Source: the human T2T-CHM13v2.0 reference genome, Homo sapiens
Assembly (NCBI RefSeq): GCF_009914755.1
Contig: NC_060937.1
Reading direction: 5' to 3' (one strand)
Length of the DNA: 64,000 bases
Position 1 is the stretch's first letter. Every line of letters starts with the position of its first letter. Of the stretch, positions 31,500 to 48,716 are shown piece by piece. The notes under the pieces are model-generated. The model had not been told where the DNA came from. It ran no database searches and worked only from the letters and a program-made list of their open reading frames with translations. The position numbers and the translations under genes were made by a program.

Positions 31500-33415
31500 A
31501 AAGTACATCAAATATATATTTTATTCTGTACATAAAATATCAAAGTACACCAAATATATATTCTATAGTGTACATAAAATATCAAACTACCCAAACTATA
31601 CATTATATACTGTACATAAAACATGAAATTACATCCAATATATATTATATTAGGTACATAAAATATGAAAGTACATCAAATATAAATTATATACTGTACA
31701 TAAAATACCAAAGTACCCCAAATATATATTATATACTGTACATGAAATATCAAAGTTCACAAACTATATATTATATACTGTACATAAAAAATCAAAGTAA
31801 CCAAGGTATATATTCTATACTGTACAAAAAATATCAAAGTACCCAAAGCATGTATTATATACTGTACATAAAATATGAAAGTACATCAAATATATATTTT
31901 ATTCTGTACATAAAATATCAAAGTACACTAAATATATATTCTATAGTGTACATAAAATATCAAAGTACCCAAACTATACATTATATACTGTACATAAAAT
32001 ATGAAATTACATCAAATATATATTATATTAGGTACATAAAATATGAAAGTACATCAAATATAAATTATATACTGTACATAAAATACCAAAGTAACCCAAA
32101 TACATATTATATACTGTACATGAAATATCAAAGTTCACAAACTATATATTATATACTGTACATAAAATATCAAAGTACCCAAAGTATATATTCTATACTG
32201 TACAAAAAATATCAAAGTACCCAAAGCAAGTATTATATACTGTACATAAAATATGAAAGTACATCAAGTATATATTTTATTCTGTACATAAAATATCAAA
32301 GTACACCAAATATATATTCTATAGTGTACATAAAATATCAAAGTAGCCAAACTATACATTTTAAACTGTACATAAAATATAAAATTACATCAAATACACA
32401 CTATATTATGTACATAAAATATGAAAGTACATCAAAGATATATTATATACTGTACATAAAATACCAAAGTACCCCAAATACATATTATATACTGTACATG
32501 AAATATCAAAGTTCACAAACTATATATTATATATTGTACATAAAATATCAAAGTACCCAAGGTATATATTCTATACTGTACAAAAAATATCAAAGTACCC
32601 AAAGCATGTATTATATACTGTACATAAAATATGAAAGTACATGAAATATATATTTTATTCTGTACATAAAATATCAAAGTACACCAAATATATATTCTAT
32701 AGTGTACATAAAATATCAAACTACCCAAACTATACATTATATACTGTACATAAAACATGAAATTACATCCAATATATATTATATTAGGTACATAAAATAT
32801 GAAAGTACATCAAATATAAATTATATACTGTACATAAAATACCAAAGTACCCCAAATATATATTATATACTGTACATGAAATATCAAAGTTCACAAACTA
32901 TATATTATATACTGTACATAAAAAATCAAAGTAACCAAGGTATATATTCTATACTGTACAAAAAATATCAAAGTACCCAAAGCATGTATTATATACTGTA
33001 CATAAAATATGAAAGTACATCAAATATATATTTTATTCTGTACATAAAATATCAAAGTACACTAAATATATATTCTATAGTGTACATAAAATATCAAAGT
33101 ACCCAAACTATACATTATATACTGTACATAAAATATGAAATTACATCAAATATATATTATATTAGGTACATAAAATATGAAAGTACATCAAATATAGATT
33201 ATATACTGTACATAAAATACCAAAGTAACCCAAATACATATTATATACTGTACATGAAATATCAAAGTTCACAAACTATATATTATATACTGTACATAAA
33301 ATATCAAAGTACCCAAAGTATATATTCTATACTGTACAAAAAATATCAAAGTACCCAAAGCAAGTATTATATACTGTACATAAAATATGAAAGTACATCA
33401 AGTATATATTTTATT
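31500..33415 (+). repeat. 1,134-bp (3 x 378) offset duplication, ~31.5-32.28 kb copied at ~32.64-33.41 kb
   Basis: Shared private variants CAAACTACCC, AAACATGAAATTACATCC, AAAAATCAAAGTAACC and AAGCAAGTA at +1,134 (e.g. 31567 vs 32701). Confidence 0.85.
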
Positions 33416-36400
33416 CTGTACAAAAAATATCAAAGTACCCAAAGCAAGTATTATATACTGTACATAAAATATGAAAGTACATCAAATATATATTTTATTC
33501 TGTACAAAAAATATCAAAGTACACCAGATATATATTCTATAGTGTACATTAAATATCAAAGTACCCAAGCTATACATTATATACTGTACATAAAATATGA
33601 AATTACATCAAATATATATTATATTAGCTACATAAAATATGAAAGTACATCAAATATACATTATATACTGTACATAAAATACCAAAGTACCCCAAATTCA
33701 TATTATATACTGTACATGAAATATGAAAGTTCACAAACTATATATTATATACTGTACATAAAATATCAAAATAGTCAAGGTATATATTCTATACTGTACA
33801 AAAAATATCAAAGTACCCAAAGCATGTATTATATACTGTACATAAAATATGAAAGTACATCAAATATATATTTTATTCTGTACATAAAATATCAAAGTAC
33901 ACCAAATATATATTCTATAGTGTTCATAAAATATCAAAGTACCCAAGCTATACATTATATACTGTACATAAAATATGAAAATACATCAAATATATATTAT
34001 ATTAGGTACATAACATATGAAAGTACATCAAATATAAATTATATACTGTACATAAAATACCAAAGTACCCCAAATATATATTATATACTGTACATGCAAT
34101 ATCAAAGTTCATAAACTATATATCATATACTGTACATAAAATATCAAAGTACCGAAGGTATATATTGTATGCTGTACAAAAAATATCAAAGTACCCAAAG
34201 CATGTATTATATACTGTACATAAAATATGAAAGTACATCAAATATATATTTTATTCTGTACATAAAATATCAAAGTACACCAAATATATATTCTATAGTG
34301 TACATAAAATATCAAAGTACCCAAACTATACATTATATACTGTACATAAAATATGAAATTACATCAAATATATATTATATTAGGTACATAAAATATGAAA
34401 GTACATCAAATATAAATTATATACTGTACATAAAATACCAAAGTACCCCAAATATATATTATATACTGTACATGAAATATCAAAGTTCACAAACTATATA
34501 TTATATACTGTACATAAAATATCAAAGTACCCAAGGTATATATTCTATACTCTACAAAAAATATCAAAGTACCCAAAGCATGTATTATATACGGTACATA
34601 AAATATGAAAGTACATGAAATATATATTTAATTCTGTACATAAAATATCAAAGTACACCAAATATATATTCTATAGTGTACATAAAATATCAAAGTAGCC
34701 AAACTATACATTATATACTGTACATAAAATATGAAATTACATCAAATATATATTATATTATGTACATAAAATATGAAAGTACATCAAATATAGATTATAT
34801 ACTGTACATAAAATACCAAAGTACACCAAATATATATTTTATACTGTACATGCAATATCAAAGTTCACAAACTATATATTATATACTGTACATAAAATAT
34901 CAAAGTACCCAAGGTATATATTCTATACTGTGCAAAAAATATCAAAGTACCCAAAGCATGTATTATATACTGTACATAAAATATGAAAGTACATCAAATA
35001 TATATTTTATTCTGTACATAAAATATCAAAGTACACTAAATATATATTCTATAGTGTACATAAAATATCAAAGTACCCAAACTATACATTATATACTGTA
35101 CATAAAATATGAAATTACATCAAATATATATTATATTAGGTACATAAAATATGAAAGTACATCAAATATAGATTATATACTGTACATAAAATACCAAAGT
35201 ACCCCAAATACATATTATATACTGTACATGAAATATCAAAGTTCACAAACTATATATTATATACTGTACATAAAATATCAAAGTACCCAAGGTATATATT
35301 CTATACTGTACAAAAAATATCAAAGTACCCCAAGCAAGTATTATATACTGTACATAAAATATGAAAGTACATCAAATATATATTTTATTCTGTACATAAA
35401 GTATCAAAGTACACCAAATATGTATCCTATAGTGTACATAAAATATCAAAGTACCCAAACTATACATTATATACTGTACATAAAATATGAAATTACATCA
35501 AATATATATTATATTAGGTACTTAAAATATGAAAGTACATCAAATATAAATTATATAATGTACATAAAGTACCAAAGTACCCCAAATATATATTATATAC
35601 TGTACATGCAATATCAAAGTTCACAAACTATATATCATATACTGTACACAAAATATCAAAGTACCGAAGGTATATATTCTATAGTGTACAAAAAATATGA
35701 AAGTACGGAAAGCATGTATTATATACTGTACATAAAATATGAAAGTACATCAAATATATATTTTATTCTGTACATAAAATATCAAAGTACACCAAATATA
35801 TATTCTATAGTGTACATAAAATATCAAAGTACCCAAACTATACATTATATACAGTACATAAAATATGAAATTACATCAAATATATATTATAATAGGTACA
35901 TAAAATATGAAAGCACATCAAATATAAATTATATACTGTACATAAAATACCAAAGAACCCCAAATATATATTATATACTGTACATGAAATATCAAAGTTC
36001 ACAAACTATATATTATATACTGTATATAAAATATCAAAGTACCCAAGGTATATATTCTATACTGTACAAAAAATATCAAAGTACCCAAAGCATGTATTAT
36101 ATACTGTTCATAAAATATGAAAGTACATCAAATATATATTTTATTCTGTACATAAAATATCAAAGTACACCAAATATATATTCTATAGTGTACATTAAAT
36201 ATCAAAGTACCCAAACTATACATTATATACTGTACATAAAATATGAAATTACATCAAATATATATTATATTAGGTACATAAAATATGAAAGTACATCAAA
36301 TATAGATTATATACTGTACATAAAATACCAAAGTACCCCAAGTACATATTATATACTGTACATGAAATATCAAAGTTCACAAACTATATATTATATACTG

Positions 36401-36949
36401 TACATAAAATATCAAAGTACCCAAGGTATATATTCTATACTGTACAAAAAATATCAAAGTACCCAAAGCAAGTATTATATACTGTACATAAAATATGAAA
36501 GTACATCAAATATATATTTTATTCTGTACATAAAGTATCAAAGTACACCAAATATATATTCTATAGTGTACATAAAATATCAAAGTACCCAAACTATACA
36601 TTATATACTGTACATAAAATATGAAATTACATCAAATATATATTATATTAGGTACTTAAAATATGAAAGTACATCAAATATAAATTATATACTGTACATA
36701 AAATACCAAAATACCCCAAATATATATTATATACTGTACATGCAATATCAAAGTTCACAAACTATATATCATATACTGTACATAAAATATCAAAGTACCG
36801 AAGGTATATATTCTATAGTGTACAAAAATATGAAAGTACGCAAAGCATGTATTATATACTGTACATAAAATATGAAAGTACATCAAATATATATTTTATT
36901 CTGTACATAAAACATCAAAGTACACCAAATATATATTCTATAGTGTACA

Positions 36950-39900
36950 TAAAATATCAAAGTACCCAAACTATACATTATAAACTGTAGATAAAATATG
37001 AAATTACATCAAATATATACTATATTATGTACATAAAATATGAAAGTACATCAAATATAGATTATATACTGTACATAAAATACCAAAGTACCCCAAATAT
37101 ATATTTTATACTGTACATGCAATATCAAAGTTCACAAACTATATATTATATACTGTACATAAAATATCAAAGTACCCAAGGTATATATTCTATACTGTAT
37201 AAAAAATATCAAAGTACGCAAAGCATGTATTATATACTGTACATAAAATATGAAAGTACATCAAATATATATTTTATTCTGTACATAAAATATCAAAGTA
37301 CACCAAATATATATTCTATAGTGTACATAAAATATCAAAGTACCCAAACTATACATTATATACTGTACATAAAATATGAAATTACATCAAATATATATTA
37401 AAATAGGTACATAAAATATGAAAGTACATCAAATATAGCTTATATACTGTACATAAAATATCAAAGTACCCCAAATATATATTATATACTGTACATGAAA
37501 TATCAAAGTTCACAAACTATATATTATATACTGTACATAAAATATCAAAGTACCCAAGGTATATATTCTGTACTGTATAAAAAATATCAAAGTACCCAAA
37601 GCATGTATTATATACTGTTCATAAAATATGAAAGTACATCAAATATGTATTTTATTCTGTACATAAAATATCAAAGAACACCAAATATATATTCTATAGT
37701 GTACATAAAATATCAAAGTACCCAAACTATACATTATATACTGTACATAAAATATGAAATTACATCAAATATATATTATATTAGGTACATAAAATATGAA
37801 AGTACATCAAATATAGATTATATACTGTACATAAAATACCAAAGAACCCCAAATATATATTATATACTGTACATGAAATATCAAAGTTCACAAACTATAT
37901 ATTATATACTGTACATAAAATATCAAAGTACCCAAGGTATATATTCTACACTGTACAAAAAATATCAAACTACCCAAAGCATGTATTATATACTGTTAAT
38001 AAAATATGAAAGTACATCAAATATATATTTTATTCTGTACATAAAATATCAAAGTACACCAAATATATATTCTATAGTGTACATAAAATATCAAATTACC
38101 CAAACTATACATTATATACTGTACATAAAATATGAAATTACATCAAATATATATTATATTAGGTACATAAAATATGAAAGTACATCAAATATAAATTATA
38201 TACTGTACATAAAATATCAAAGTACCTCAAATATATAGTATATACTGTACATGAAATATCAAAGTTCACAAGCTATATATTATATACTGCACATAAAATA
38301 GCAAAGTACTCAAGGTATATATTCTATACTGTACAAAAAATATAAAAGTACCCAAAACATGTATTATATACTGTACATAAAATATGAAAGTACATCAAAT
38401 ATATATTTTATTCTGTACATAAAATATCAAAGTACACCAAATATATATTCTATAGTGTACATAAAATATCAAAGTACCCAAAGTATACATTATATACTGT
38501 ACATAAAATATGAAATTACATCAAATATATATTACATTAGGTACATAAAATATGAAAGTACATCAAATATAGATTATATACTGTACATAAAATATCAAAG
38601 TACCCCAAATATATATTATATACTGTACATGAAATATCAAAGTTCACAAACTATATATTATATACTGTACATAAAATATCAAAGTACCCAAGGTATATAT
38701 TCTATACTGTACAAAATATATCAAAGTACCCAAAGCATGTATTATATACTGTACATAAAATATGAAAGTACATCAAATAAATAGTTTATTCTGTACATAA
38801 AATATCAAAGTACACCAAATATATATTCTATAGTGTACATAAAATATCAAAGTACCCAAACTATACATTATAAACTGTAGATAAAATATGAAATTACATC
38901 AAATATATACTATATTATGTACATAAAATATGAAAGTACATCAAATATAGATTATATACTGTACATAAAATACCAAAGTACCCCAAATAAATATTTTATA
39001 CTGTACATGCAATATCAAAGTTCACAAACTATATATTATATACTGTACATAAAATATCAAAATACCGAAGGTATATATTCTATACTGTACAAAAAATATT
39101 AAATTACGCAAAGCATGTATTATATACTGTACATAAAATATGAAAGTACATCAAATATATATTTTATTCTGTACATAAAATATCAAAGTACACCAAATAT
39201 ATATTCTATAGTGTACATAAAATATCAAAGTACCCAAACTATACATTATATACTGTACATAAAATATGAAATTACATCAAATATATATTAAAATAGGTAC
39301 ATAAAATATGAAAGTACATCAAATATAAATTATATACTGTACATAAAATACCAAAGAACCCCAAATATATATTATATACTGTACATGAAATATCAAAGTT
39401 CACAAACTATATATTATATACTGTATATAAAATATCAAAGTACCCAAGGTATATATTCTGTACTGTATAAAAAATATCAAAGTACCCAAAGCATGTATTA
39501 TATACTGTTCATAAAATATGAAAGTACATCAAATATGTATTTTATTCTGTACATAAAATATCAAAGTACACCAAATATATATTCTATAGTGTACATAAAA
39601 TATCAAAGTACCCAAACTATACATTATATACTGTACATAAAATATGAAATTACATCAAATATATATTATATTAGGTACATAAAATATGAAAGTACATCAA
39701 ATATAGATTATATACTGTACATAAAATACCAAAGAACCCCAAATATATATTATATACTGTACATGAAATATCAAAGTTCACAAACTATATATTATATACT
39801 GTACATAAAATATCAAAGTACCCAAGGTATATTTTCTATACTGTACAAAAAATATCAAAGTACCCAAAGCATGTATTATATACTGTTAATAAAATATGAA

Positions 39901-41450
39901 AGTACATCAAATATATATTTTATTCTGTACATAAAATATCAAAGTACACCAAATATATATTCTATAGTGTACATAAAATATCAAATTACCCAAACTATAC
40001 ATTATATACTGTACATAAAATGTGAAATTACATCAAATATATATTATATTAGGTACATAAAATATGAAAGTACATCAAATATAAATTATACACTGTACAT
40101 AAAATATCAAAGTACCTCAAATATATAGTATATACTGTACATAAAATATCAAAGTTCACAAGCTATATATTATATACTGCACATAAAATAGCAAAGTACC
40201 CAAGGTATATATTCTATACTGTACAAAAAATATAAAAGTACCCAAAACATGTATTATATACTGTACATAAAATATGAAAGTACATCAAATATATATTTTA
40301 TTCTGTACATAAAATATCAAAGTACACCAAATATATATTCTATAGTGTACATAAAATATCAAAGTACCCAAAGTATACATTATATACTGTACATAAAATA
40401 TGAAATTACATCAAATATATATTACATTAGGTACATAAAATATGAAAGTACATCAAATATAGATTATATACTGTACATAAAATATCAAAGTACCCCAAAT
40501 ATATATTATATACTGTACATGAAATATCAAAGTTCACAAACTATATATTATATACTGTACATAAAATATCAAAGTACCCAAGGTATATATTCTATACTGT
40601 ACAAAATATATCAAAGTACCCAAAGCATGTATTATATACTGTACATAAAATATGAAAGTACATCAAATAAATAGTTTATTCTGTACATAAAATATCAAAG
40701 TACACCAAATATATATTCTATAGTGTACATAAAATATCAAAGTACCCAAACTATACATTATAAACTGTAGATAAAATATGAAATTACATCAAATATATAC
40801 TATATTATGTACATAAAATATGAAAGTACATCAAATATAGATTATATACTGTACATAAAATACCAAAGTACCCCAAATAAATATTTTATACTGTACATGC
40901 AATATCAAAGTTCACAAACTATATATTATATACTGTACATAAAATATCAAAGTACCGAAGGTATATATTCTATACTGTACAAAAAATATCAAAGTACGCA
41001 AAGCATGTATTATATACTGTACATAAAATATGAAAGTACATCAAATACATATTTTATTCTGTACATAAAATATCAAAGTACACCAAATATATATTCTATA
41101 GTGTACATAAAATATCAAAGTACCCAAACTATACATTATATACTGTACATAAAATATGAAATTATATCAAATATATATTTAGATATGTACATAAAATATG
41201 AAAGTACATCAAATATAAATTATATACTGTACATAAAATACCAAAGAACCCCAAATATATATTATATACTGTACATGAAATATCAAAGTTCACAAACTAT
41301 ATATTATATACTGTATATAAAATATCAAAGTACCCAAGGTATATATTCTGTACTGTATAAAAAATATCAAAGTACCCAAAGCATGTATTATATACTGTTC
41401 ATAAAATATGAAAGTACATCAAATATATATTTTATTCTGTACATAAAATA
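36950..41450 (+). repeat. 1,890-bp (5 x 378) tandem super-repeat, about 2.3 copies
   Basis: ORF starts 37027/38917/40807, 37495/39385 and 38359/40249 are all 1,890 apart. Shared markers TAAACTGTAGATAAAA and AAATAAATAGTTT. Confidence 0.9.
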
Positions 41451-42724
41451 TCAAAGTACACCAAATATATATTCTATAGTGTACATAAAATATCAAAGTA
41501 CCTAAACTATACATTATATACTGTACATAAAATATGAAATTACATCAAATATATATTATATTAGGTACATAAAATATGAAAGTACATCAAATATAGATTA
41601 TATACAGTACATAAAATACCAAAGTACCCCAAATATATATTATATACTGTACATGCAATATCAAAGTTCACAAACTATATATCATATACTGTACATAAAA
41701 TATCAAAGTACCGAAGGTATATATTCTATACTGTACAAAAAATATCAAAGTACGCAAAGCATGTATTATATACTGTACATAAAATATGAAAGTACATCAA
41801 ATATATATTTTATTCTGTACATAAAATATCAAAGTACACCAAATATATATTCTATAGTGTACATAAAATATCAAAGTACCCAAACCATACATTATATACT
41901 GTACATAAAATATGAAATTACATCAAATATATATTATAATAGGTACATAAAATATGAAAGTACATCAAATATAAATTATATACTGTACATAAAATACCAA
42001 AGAACCCCATATATATATTATATACTGTACATGAAATATCAAAGTTCACAAACTATATATTATATACTGTATATAAAATATAAAAGTACCCAAGGTATAT
42101 ATTCTATACTGTACAAAAAATATCAAAGTACCCAAAGCATGTATTATATACTGTTCATAAAATATGAAAGTACATCAAATATATATTTTATTCTGTACAT
42201 AAAATATCAAAGTACACCAAATATATATTCTATAGTGTACATTAAATATCAAAGTACCCAAACTATACATTATATACTGTACATAAAATATGAAATTACA
42301 TCAAATATATATTTTATTAGGTACATAAAATATGAAAGTACATCAAATATAGATTATATACTGTACATAAAATACCAAAGTACCCCAAATACATATTATA
42401 TACTGTACATGAAATATCAAACTTCACAAACTATATATTATATACTGTACATAAAATATCAAAGTACCGAAAATATATATTCTATACTGTACAAAAAATA
42501 TCAAAGTACCCAAAGCATGTATTTTATACTGTACATAAAATATGAAAGTACATCAAATATATATTTTATTCTATACATAAAATATCAAAGTACACCAAAT
42601 ATATATTCTATAGTGTACATAAAATATCAAAGTACCCAAACTATACATTACATACTGTACATAAAATATGAAATTACATCAAATATATATTATATTAGGT
42701 ACATAAAATATGAAAATACATCAA

Positions 42725-45400
42725 ATATAGATTATATACTGTACATAAAATACCAAAGTACCCCAAGTACATATTATATACTGTACATGAAATATCAAAG
42801 TTCACAAACTATATATTATATACTGTACATAAAATATCAAAGTACCCAAGGTATATATTCTATACTGTACAAAAAATATCAAAGTACCCAAAGCAAGTAT
42901 TATATACTGTACATAAAATATGAAAGTACATCAAATATATATTTTATTCTGTACATAAAGTATCAAAGTACACCAAATATATATTCTATAGTGTACATAA
43001 AATATCAAAGTACCCAAACTATACATTATATACTGTACATAAAATATGAAATTACATCAAATATATATTATATTAGGTACTTAAAATATGAAAGTACATC
43101 AAATATAAATTATATACTGTACATAAAATACCAAAATACCCCAAATATATTTTATATACTGTACATGCAATATCAAAGTTCACAAACTATATATCATATA
43201 CTGTACATAAAATATCAAAGTACCGAAGGTATATATTCTATAGTGTACAAAAAATATGAAAGTACGCAAAGCATGTATTATATACTGTACATAAAATATG
43301 AAAGTACATCAAATATATATTTTATTCTGTACATAAAACATCAAAGTACACCAAATATATATTCTATAGTGTACATAAAATATCAAAGTACCCAAACTAT
43401 ACATTATAAACTGTAGATAAAATATGAAATTACATCAAATATATACTATATTATGTACATAAAATATGAAAGTACATCAAATATAGATTATATACTGTAC
43501 ATAAAATACCAAAGTACCCCAAATATATATTTTATACTGTACATGCAATATCAAAGTTCACAAACTATATATTATATACTGTACATAAAATATCAAAGTA
43601 CCCAAGGTATATATTCTATACTGTATAAAAAATATCAAAGTACGCAAAGCATGTATTATATACTGTACATAAAATATGAAAGTACATCAAATATATATTT
43701 TATTCTGTACATAAAATATCAAAGTACACCAAATATATATTCTATAGTGTACATAAAATATCAAAGTACCCAAACTATACATTATATACTGTACATAAAA
43801 TATGAAATTACATCAAATATATATTAAAATAGGTACATAAAATATGAAAGTACATCAAATATAGATTATATACTGTACATAAAATATCAAAGTACCCCAA
43901 ATATATATTATATACTGTACATGAAATATCAAAGTTCACAAACTATATATTATATACTGTACATAAAATATCAAAGTACCCAAGGTATATATTCTGTACT
44001 GTATAAAAAATATCAAAGTACCCAAAGCATGTATTATATACTGTTCATAAAATATGAAAGTACATCAAATATGTATTTTATTCTGTACATAAAATATCAA
44101 AGTACACCAAATATATATTCTATAGTGTACATAAAATATCAAAGTACCCAAACTATACATTATATACTGTACATAAAATATGAAATTACATCAAATATAT
44201 ATTATATTAGGTACATAAAATATGAAAGTACATCAAATATAGATTATATACTGTACATAAAATACCAAAGAACCCCAAATATATATTATATACTGTACAT
44301 GAAATATCAAAGTTCACAAACTATATATTATATACTGTACATAAAATATCAAAGTACCCAAGGTATATTTTCTATACTGTACAAAAAATATCAAAGTACC
44401 CAAAGCATGTATTATATACTGTTAATAAAATATGAAAGTACATCAAATATATATTTTATTCTGTACATAAAATATCAAAGTACACGAAATATATATTCTA
44501 TAGTGTACATAAAATATCAAATTACCCAAACTATACATTATATACTGTACATAAAATATGAAATTACATGAAATATATATTATATTAGGTACATAAAATA
44601 TGAAAGTACATCAAATATAAATTATATACTGTACATAAAATACCAAAGTACCTCAAATATATAGTATATACTGTACATGAAATATCAAAGTTCACAAGCT
44701 ATATATTATATACTGCACATAAAATAGTAAAGTACCCAAGGTATATATTCTATACTGTACAAAAAATATAAAAGTACCCAAAACATGTATTATATACTGT
44801 ACATAAAATATGAAAGTACATCAAATATATATTTTATTCTGTACGTAAAATATCAAAGTACACCAAATATATATTCTATAGTGTACATAAAATATCAAAG
44901 TACCCAAAATATACATTATATACTGTACATAAAATATGAAATTACATCAAATATATATTACATTAGGTATATAAAATATGAAAGTACATCAAATATAGAT
45001 TATATACTGTACATAAAATATCAAAGTACCCCAAATATATATTATATACTGTACATGAAATATCAAAGTTCACAAACTATATATTATATACTGTACATAA
45101 AATATCAAAGTACCCAAGGTATATATTCTATACTGTACAAAATATATCAAAGTACCCAAAGCATGTATTATATACTGTACATAAAATATGAAAGTACATC
45201 AAATAAATAGTTTATTCTGTACATAAAATATCAAAGTACACCAAATATATATTCTATAGTGTACATAAAATATCAAAGTACCCAAACTATACATTATAAA
45301 CTGTACATAAAATATGAAATTACATCAAATATATACTATATTATGTACATAAAATATGAAAGTACATCAAATATAGATTATGTACTGTACATGAAATACC
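42725..45400 (+). repeat. Dispersed copy of ~36.3-38.95 kb at offset 6,425/6,426 bp (17 x 378)
   Basis: ORFs 37027, 37495 and 38359 recur at 43453, 43921 and 44785. The CCCCAAGTAC marker is at 36342 and 42767 (+6,425, upstream of a 1-bp deletion at ~36825). Confidence 0.88.
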
Positions 45401-48400
45401 AAAGTACCCCAAATAAATGTTTTATACTGTACATGCAATATCAAAGTTCCCAAACTATATATTATATACTGTACATAAAATATCAAAGTACCCAAGGTAT
45501 ATATTCTATACTGTACAAAAAATATCAAAGTACCCAAAGCATGTATTATATACTGTACATAAAATAAGAAAGTACATCAAATATATATTTTATTCTGTAC
45601 ATAAAATATCAAAGTACACCAAATATATATTCTATAGTGTACATAAAATATCAAAGTACCCAAACTATACATTATATACTGTACATAAAATATGAAACTA
45701 CATCAAATATATATTATAATAGGTACATAAAATATGAAAGTACATCAAATATAAATTATATACTGTACATAAAATACCAAAGAACACCAAATATATATTA
45801 TATACTGTACATGAAATATCAAAGTTCACAAACTATATATTATATACTGTATATAAAATATCAAAGTACCCAAGGTATATATTCTGTACTGTATAAAAAA
45901 TATCAAAGTACCCAAAGCATGTATTATATACTGTTCATAAAATATGAAAGTTCATCAAATATATATTTTATTCTGTACATAAAATATCAAAGTACACCAA
46001 ATATATATTCTATAGTGTACATAAAATATCAAAGTACCCAAACCATACATTATATACTGTACATAAAATATGAAATTACATCAAATATATATTATATTAG
46101 GTACATAAAATATGAAAGTACATCAAATATAGATTATATAGTGTACATAAAATACCAAAGTACACCAAATATATATTTTATACTGTACATGAAATATCAA
46201 AGTTCACAAACTATATATCATATACTGTACATAAAATATCAAGATACCCAAGGTATATATTCTATACTCTACAAAAAATATCAAAGTACCCAAAGCATGT
46301 ATTATATACGGTACATAAAATATGAAAGTACATCTAATATATATTTAATTCTGTACATAAAATATCAAAGTACACCAAATATATATTCTATAGTGTACAT
46401 AAAATATCAAAGTACCCAAACTATACATTATATACTGTACATAAAATATGAAATTACGTCAAATATATATTATACTATGTACATAAAATATGAAAGTACA
46501 TCAAATATAGATTATATACTGTACATAAAATACCAAAGTACACCAAATATATATTTTATACTGTACATGAAATATCAAAGTTCACAAACTATGTATTATA
46601 TACTGTAGATAAAACATCAAAGTACCCAAGGTATGTATTCTATACTGTACAAAAAATATCAAAGTACCCAAAGCATGTATTATATACTGTACATACAATA
46701 TGAAAGTACATCAAATATAGATTATATACTGTACATAAAATACCAAAGAACCGCAAATATATATTATATACTGTACATGAAATATCAAAGTTCACAAACT
46801 ATATATTATATACTGTACATAAAATATCAAATTACCCAAGGTATATATTCTATACTGTACAAAAAATATCAAAGTACCCAAAGCATGTATTATATACTGT
46901 ACATAAAATAATAACGTACATCAAATATATATTTTATTCTGTACATAAAATATCAAAGTACACTAAATATATATTCTATAGTGTACATAAAATATCAAAG
47001 TACCCAAACTATACATTATATACTGTACATAAAATATGAAATTACATCAAATATATATTATATTAGGTACATAAAATATGAAAGTACATCAAATATAAAT
47101 TATATACTGTACATAAAATACCAAAGTAACCCAAATATATATTATATACTGTACATGCAATATCAAAGTTCACAAACTATATATCATATACTGTACATAA
47201 AATATCAAAATACCGAACGTATATATTCTATACTGTACAAAAAATATCAAAGTACCCAAAGCATGTATTATATACTGTACATAAAATATGAAATTACATC
47301 TAATATATATTTTATTCTGTACATAAAATATCAAAGTACACAAAATATATATTCTATACTGTACATAAAATATCAAAGTACCCAAACTATACATTATATA
47401 CTGTACATAAAATATGAAATTACATCAAATATATATTATATTAGGTACATAAAATATGAAAGTACATCAAATATAAATTATATACTGTACATAAAATACC
47501 AAAGTACCCCAAATATATATTATATACTGTACATGAAATATCAAAGTTCACAAACTATATATTATATACTGTACATAAAATATCAATGTGCACAAGGTAT
47601 ATATTCTATACTTTACAAAAAATATCAAAGTACCCAAAGCATGTATTATATACTGTACATAAAATATGAAAGTACATCAAATATATATTTTATTCTGTAC
47701 ATAAAATATCAAAGTACACCAAATATATATTCTATAGTGTACATAAAATATCAAAGTACCCAAACCATACATTATATACTGTACATAAAATATGAAATTA
47801 CATCAAATATATATTATATTAGGTACATAAAATATGAAAGTACATCAAATATAGATTATATAGTGTACATAAAATACCAAAGTACCCCAAAGATATATTA
47901 TATACTGTACATGAAATATCAAAGTTCACAAACTATATATTATATACTGTACATAAAATATCAAGGTACCCAAGGTATATATTCTATACTCTACAAAAAA
48001 TATCAAAGTACCCAAAGCATGTATTATATACTGTACATAAAATATGAAAGTACATCAAATATATATTTTATTCTGTACATAAAATATCAAAGTACACTAA
48101 ATATATATTCTATAGTGTACATAAAATATCAAATTACGCAAACTATACATTATATACTGTACATAAAATATGAAATTACATCAAATATATATTATATTAG
48201 GTACATAAAATATGAAAGTACATCAAATATAGATTATATACTGTACATAAAATACCAAAGTACCGCAAATATATATTATATACTGTACATGAAATATCAA
48301 AGTTCACAAACTATATATTATATACTGTACATAAAATATCAAAGTACCCAAGGTATATATTCTATACTCTACAAAAAATATCAAAGTACCCAAAGCGTGT

Positions 48401-48716
48401 ATTATATACGGTACATAAAATATGAATGTACATCAAATATATATTTTATTCTGTACATAAAATATCAAAGTACACTAAATATATATTCTATAGTGTACAT
48501 AAAATATCAAAGTACCCAAACTATACATTATATACTGTACATAAAATGTGAAATTACATCAAATATATATTATATTAGGTACATAAAATATGAAAGTACA
48601 TCAAATATAGATTATATACTGTACATAAAATACCAAAGTACCCCAAATACATATTATATACTGTACATGAAATATCAAAGTTCACAAACTATATATTATA
48701 TACTGTACATAAAATA

